Shown here: piece after piece, positions 24,729-30,863 of the stretch | Position numbering within the stretch: the first letter of the stretch is position 1 | How the letters are laid out: every line of letters begins with the position of its first letter | From: Utricularia gibba | Taxonomy: Eukaryota; Plantae; Magnoliophyta | DNA: 30,863 nucleotides | NCBI GenBank assembly: GCA_002189035.1 | Contig: NEEC01000489.1 | Coordinates: 1-30,863 of the forward strand | Direction: 5' to 3' | The notes under the pieces: model-generated | Seen by the model: the letters and a program-made list of their open reading frames with translations, nothing else | Databases searched by the model: none | Told to the model about the DNA's origin: nothing | Program-made: the position numbers and the translations under genes

Positions 24729-27700
24729 AAATGATCATCTCGAAATCCAAATATTCACATCGTCCCATGAAATACATATGTCTTGCATGCCGAAAATCAC
24801 ATTCGCATCGAGTCGGTGTCCCGAGTCGCATCGTCGCGAACGTGTGGCCACTTCGTTGCACATCTGAAGGCTAATATAAGGCAATCTTTCGAGCATTTGT
24901 GCCTCCTCGGACGAACAAGTTCTCAACACGAAAGAAGACCGGCTCGGAACGAGCTTCGAAACGGTATGCTATGTGCAACATGACTCATCACCATTTGCAA
25001 GATATCCACTCGATACCGAAGAGTGCACGAGGCCACCATGAGGTTGTGGCTAGGGACACACCCATGCATCTTAAATGATCATCTCGAAATCCAAATATTC
25101 ACATCGTCCCATGAAATACATATGTCTTGCATGCCGAAAATCACATTCGCATCGAGTCGGGTCCCGAGTCGCATCGTCGCGAACGTGGTGGCCACTTCGT
25201 TGCACATCTTAAGGCTAATATAAGGCAATCTTTCGAGCATTTGTGCCTCCTCGGACGAACAAGTTCTCAACACGAAAGAGACCGGCTCGGAACGAGCTTC
25301 GAAACGGTATGCTATGTGCAACATGACTCATCACCATTTGCAAGATATCCACTCGATACCGAAGAGTGCACGAGGCCACCATGAGGTTGTGGCTAGGGAC
25401 ACACCCATGGCATCTTAAATGATCATCTCGAAATCCAAATATTCACATCGTCCCATGAAATACATATGTCTTGCATGCCGAAAATCACATTCGCATCGAG
25501 TCGGGTGTCCCGAGTCGCATCGTCGCGAACGTGGTGGCCACTTCGTTGCACATCTGAAGGCTAATATAAGGCAATCTTTCGAGCATTTGTGCCTCCTCGG
25601 ACGAACAAGTTCTCAACACGAAAGAAGACCGGCTCGGAACGAGCTTCGAAACGGTATGCTATGTGCAACATGACTCATCACCATTTGCAAAGATATCCAC
25701 TCGATACCGAAGAGTGCACGAGGCCACCATGAGGTTGTGGCTAGGGACACACCCATGGCATCTTAAATGATCATCTCGAAATCCAAATTTTCACATCGTC
25801 CCATGAAATACATATGTCTTGCATGCCGAAAATCACATTCGCATCGAGTCGGGTGTCCCGAGTCGCATCGTCGCGAACGTGGTGGCCACTTCGTTGCACA
25901 TCTGAAGGCTAATATAAGGCAATCTTTCGAGCATTTGTGCCTCCTCGGACGAACAAGTTCTCAACACGAAAGAAGACCGGCTCGGAACGAGCTTCGAAAC
26001 GGTATGCTATGTGCAACATGACTCATCACCATTTGCAAGATATCCACTCGATACCGAAGAGTGCACGAGGCCACCATGAGGTTGTGGCTAGGGACACACC
26101 ATGGCATCTTAAATGATCATCTCGAAATCCAAATTTCACATCGTCCCATGAAATACATATGTCTTGCATGCCGAAAATCACATTCGCATCGAGTCGGGTG
26201 TCCCGAGTCGCATCGTCGCGAACGTGGTGGCCACTTCGTTGCACATCTCTAATATAAGGCAATCTTCGAGCATTTGTGCATGCAAAAAGACGTGTCTCGG
26301 AACGAGCTTCGAAACGGTATGCTATGTGCAACATGACTCATCACCGTTTGCAAGATATCCACTCGATACCGAAGAGTGCACGAGGCCACCATGAGGTTGT
26401 GGCTAGGGACACACCCATGGCATCTTAAATGATCATCTCGAAATCCAAATTTCACATCGTCCCATGAAATACATATGTCTTGCATGCCGAAAAATCACAT
26501 TCGCATCGAGTCGGGTGTCCCGAGTCGCATCGTCGCGAACGTGGTGGCCACTTCGTTGCACATCTGAAGGCTAATATAAGGCAATCTTTCGAGCATTTGT
26601 GCCTCCTCGGACGAACAAGTTCTCAACACGAAAGAAGACCGGCTCGGAACGAGCTTCGAAACGGTATGCTATGTGCAACATGACTCATCACCATTTGCAA
26701 GATATCCACTCGATACCGAAGAGTGCACGAGGCCACCATGAGGTTGTGGCTAGGGACACACCCATGGCATCTTAAATGATCATCTCGAAATCCAAATTTC
26801 ACATCGTCCCATGAAATACATATGTCTTGCATGCCGAAAATCACATTCGCATCGAGTCGGGTGTCCCGAGTCGCATCGTCGCGAACGTGGTGGCCACTTC
26901 GTTGCACATCTTAAGGCTAATATAAGGCAATCTTTCGAGCATTTGTGCCTCCTCGGACGAACAAGTTCTCAACACGAAAGAGACCGGCTCGGAGTATGTA
27001 TGCAACATGACTCATCACCATTTGCAAGATATCCACTCGATACCGAAGAGTGCACGAGGCCACCATGAGGTTGTGGCTAGGGACACACCCATGGCATCTT
27101 AAATGATCATCTCGAAATCCAAATATTCACATCGTCCCATGAAATACATATGTCTTGCATGCCGAAAATCACATTCGCATCGAGTCGGGTGTCCCGAGTC
27201 GCATCGTCGCGAACGTGTGGCCACTTCGTTGCACATCTGAAGGCTAATATAAGGCAATCTTTCGAGCATTTGTGCCTCTCGGACGAACAAGTTCTCAACA
27301 CGAAAGAGACCGGCTCGGAACGAGCTTCGAAACGGTATGCTATGTGCAACATGACTCATCACCATTTGCAAGATATCCACTCGATACCGAAGAGTGCACG
27401 AGGCCACCATGAGGTTGTGGCTAGGGACACACCCATGGCATCTTAAATGATCATCTCGAAATCCAAAATTTCACATCGTCCCATGAAATACATATGTCTT
27501 GCATGCCGAAAATCACATTCGCATCGAGTCGGTGTCCCGAGTCGCATCGTCGCGAACGTGGTGGCCACTTCGTTGCACATCTGAAGGCTAATATAAGGCA
27601 ATCTTTCGAGCATTTGTGCCTCCTCGGACGAACAAGTTCTCAACACGAAAGAAGACCGGCTCGGAACGAGCTTCGAAACGGTATGCTATGTGCAACATGA

Positions 27701-30700
27701 CTCATCACCATTTGCAAGATATCCACTCGATACCGAAGAGTGCACGAGGCCACCATGAGGTTGTGGCTAGGGACACACCCATGGCATCTTAAATGATCAT
27801 CTCGAAATCCAATATTCACATCGTCCCATGAAATACATATGTCTTGCATGCCGAAAATCACATTCGCATCGAGTCGGGTGTCCCGAGTCGCATCGTCGCG
27901 AACGTGGTGGCCACTTCGTTGCACATCTGAAGGCTAATATAAGGCAATCTTTCGAGCATTTGTGCCTCCTCGGACGAACAAGTTCTCAACACGAAAGAAG
28001 ACCGGCTCGGAACGAGCTTCGAAACGGTATGCTATGTGCAACATGACTCATCACCATTTGCAAGATATCCACTCGATACCGAAGAGTGCACGAGGCCACC
28101 ATGAGGTTGTGGCTAGGGACACACCCATGGCATCTTAAATGATCATCTCGAAATCCAAATTTTCACATCGTCCCATGAAATACATATGTCTTGCATGCGA
28201 AAATCACATTCGCATCGAGTCGGGTGTCCCGAGTCGCATCGTCGCGAACGTGGTGGCCACTTCGTTGGGCTAATATAAGGCAATCTTTCGAGCATTTGTG
28301 CCTCCTCTGCAAAAGGTACATGAACCGGCTCGGAACGAGCTTCGAAACGGTATGCTATGTGCAACATGACTCATCACCGTTTGCAATATCCACTCGATAC
28401 CGAAGAGTGCACGAGGCCACCATGAGGTTGTGGCTAGGGACACACCCATGGCATCTTAAATGATCATCTCGAAATCCAAATTTCACATCGTCCCATGAAA
28501 TACATATGTCTTGCATGCCGAAAATCACATTCGCATCGAGTCGGTGTCCCGAGTCGCATCGTCGCGAACGTGGTGGCCACTTCGTTGCACATCTGAAGGC
28601 TAATATAAGGCAATCTTTCGAGCATTTGTGCCTCCTCGGACGAACAAGTTCTCAACACGAAAGAAGACCGGCTCGGAACGAGCTTCGAAACGGTATGCTA
28701 TGTGCAACATGACTCATCACCATTTGCAAGATATCCACTCGATACCGAAGAGTGCACGAGGCCACCATGAGGTTGTGGCTAGGGACACACCCATGGCATC
28801 TTAAATGATCATCTCGAAATCCAAATTTCACATCGTCCCATGAAATACATATGTCTTGCATGCCGAAAATCACATTCGCATCGAGTCGGTGTCCCGAGTC
28901 GCATCGTCGCGAACGTGGTGGCCACTTCGTTGCACATCTGAAGGCTAATATAAGGCAATCTTTCGAGCATTTGTGCCCTCGGACGAACAAGTTCTCAACA
29001 CGAAAGAAGACCGGCTCGGAACGAGCTTCGAAACGGTATGCTATGTGCAACATGACTCATCACCATTTGCAAGATATCCACTCGATACCGAAGAGTGCAC
29101 GAGGCCACCATGAGGTTGTGGCTAGGGACACACCCATGGCATCTTAAATGATCATCTCGAAATCCAAATTTCACATCGTCCCATGAAATACATATGTCTT
29201 GCATGCCGAAAATCACATTCGCATCGAGTCGGGTGTCCCGAGTCGCATCGTCGCGAACGTGTGGCCACTTCGTTGCACATCTTAAGCTAATATAAGGCAA
29301 TCTTTCGAGCATTTGTGCCTCCTCGGACGAACAAGTTCTCAACACGAAAGAGACCGGCTCGGAACGCTAATGTGCAACATGACTCATCACCGTTTGCAAG
29401 ATATCCACTCGATACCGAAGAGTGCACGAGGCCACCATGAGGTTGTGGCTAGGGACACACCCATGGCATCTTAAATGATCATCTCGAAATCCAAATATTC
29501 ACATCGTCCCATGAAATACATATGTCTTGCATGCCGAAAATCACATTCGCATCGAGTCGGGTGTCCCGAGTCGCATCGTCGAACGTGTGGCCACTTCGTT
29601 GCACATCTTAAGGCTAATATAAGGCAATCTTTCGAGCATTTGTGCCTCCTCGGACGAACAAGTTCTCAACACGAAAGAGACCGGCTCGGAACGAGCTTCG
29701 AAACGGTATGCTATGTGCAACATGACTCATCACCATTTGCAAGATATCCACTCGATACCGAAGAGTGCACGAGGCCACCATGAGGTTGTGGCTAGGGACA
29801 CACCATGGCATCTTAAATGATCATCTCGAAATCCAAATTTCACATCGTCCCATGAAATACATATGTCTTGCATGCCGAAAATCACATTCGCATCGAGTCG
29901 GTGTCCCGAGTCGCATCGTCGCGAACGTGGTGGCCACTTCGTTGCACATCTGAAGGCTAATATAAGGCAATCTTTCGAGCATTTGTGCCTCCTCGGACGA
30001 ACAAGTTCTCAACACGAAAGAGACCGGCTCGGAACGAGCTTCGAAACGGTATGCTATGTGCAACATGACTCATCACCATTTGCAAGATATCCACTCGATA
30101 CCGAAGAGTGCACGAGGCCACCATGAGGTTGTGGCTAGGGACACACCCATGGCATCTTAAATGATCATCTCGAAATCCAAAATTCACATCGTCCCATGAA
30201 ATACATATGTCTTGCATGCCGAAAATCACATTCGCATCGAGTCGGGTGTCCCGAGTCGCATCGTCGCGAACGTGGTGGCCACTTCGTTGCACATCTGAAG
30301 GCTAATATAAGGCAATCTTTCGAGCATTTGTGCCTCCTCGGACGAACAAGTTCTCAACACGAAAGAAGAACTCGGAACGAGCTTCGAAACGGTATGATAT
30401 GTGCAACATGACTCATCACCATTTGCAAGATATCCACTCGATACCGAAGAGTGCACGAGGCCACCATGAGGTTGTGGCTAGGGACACACCCATGGCATCT
30501 TAAATGATCATCTCGAAATCTGAAATTTCACATCGTCCCATGAAATAAATATGTCTTGCATGTCAAAAATCACATTCGCATCGAGTCGGGTGTCCCGAGT
30601 CGCATCGTCGCGAACGTGGTGGCCACTTCGTTGCACATCTGAAGGCTAATATAAGGCAATCTTTCGAGCATTTGTGCCTCCTCGGACGAACAAGTTCTCA

Positions 30701-30863
30701 ACACGAAAGAAGACCGGCTCGAACGAGCTTCGAAACGGTATGCTATGTGCAACATGACTCATCACCATTTGCAAGATATCCACTCGATACCGAAGAGTGC
30801 ACGAGGCCACCATGAGGTTGTGGCTAGGGACACACCCATGGCATCTTAAATGATCATCTCGAA

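Larger units (their letters stand above)
16346..30847. repeat. Higher-order repeat copy B (monomers U49-U91, cut off by the window end)
   Basis: Short monomers at U50, 56, 58, 61, 67, 73, 78, 80, 84 and 87. The GTCGGTG (one G fewer) variant recurs at U52, 58, 65, 69, 71, 82, 86, 89, matching U8, 14, 21, 25, 27, 38, 42, 45. Confidence 0.75.
1..30863. repeat. Tandem satellite-like array, ~347-bp monomer, ~92 copies, all in the same orientation
   Basis: The junction GGCATCTT|AAATGATCATC (with single-base variants) recurs 92 times, from 212, 556, 901 ... to 30502, 30848. Most monomers are 335-348 bp and 20 are 262-328 bp. No unique sequence, inversion or array end is visible. Confidence 0.98.

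Noticed and set aside
2831-30400. GGTATGATAT variant (C>A at unit 243) in U8, 21, 40, 72, 90 as a subfamily marker
   Set aside because: None of the lag-44 partners carry it, so it is more likely a recurrent basecall error.
127-30755. All ORFs in the six-frame track (60-156 aa)
   Set aside because: They are translations of the same repeat unit in several frames on both strands. Ends shift with each indel, the unit length is not a multiple of 3, and I recognise no protein family.
1-30863. Concatemer of a single 347-nt viroid-like circle
   Set aside because: The size fits, but I see no Pospiviroidae central conserved region and no rod-like pairing (the longer inverted repeats are not co-axial). 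A single-monomer template cannot produce lag-44 and lag-6/7 variant periodicity.
1-30863. CRISPR array
   Set aside because: No short repeats alternating with unique spacers, and no cas genes.
1-30863. rRNA/5S unit, tRNA, telomeric repeat or transposon ends
   Set aside because: No recognisable 5S or tRNA structure, no TTTAGGG/TTAGGG runs, and no terminal repeats or target-site duplications.

Overview
The whole 30,863-bp window is one uninterrupted, head-to-tail tandem array of a ~347-bp, ~49% GC unit. I counted 91 complete monomers from 212 to 30847, plus partial ones at both ends. I see no credible genes, RNA genes, mobile elements or CRISPR array; the ORF track is just the same repeat unit translated over and over. 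The most likely reading is eukaryotic satellite DNA (possibly a grass subtelomeric/knob type, unverified) in noisy, deletion-rich long-read sequence. The main hidden structure appears when monomers are numbered U1 (start 212) to U91 (start 30502). All 20 short monomers (<=328 bp) form 10 pairs exactly 44 monomers apart, and independent point variants follow the same lag. This gives a ~14.8-kb higher-order period, itself made of seven sub-blocks (6,5,6,6,7,7,7 monomers) that each start with a deletion-type monomer. All counts are by hand and need recomputing. The sequence alone cannot tell a genomic higher-order repeat from a rolling-circle concatemer of a ~15-kb circle or an assembly duplication.
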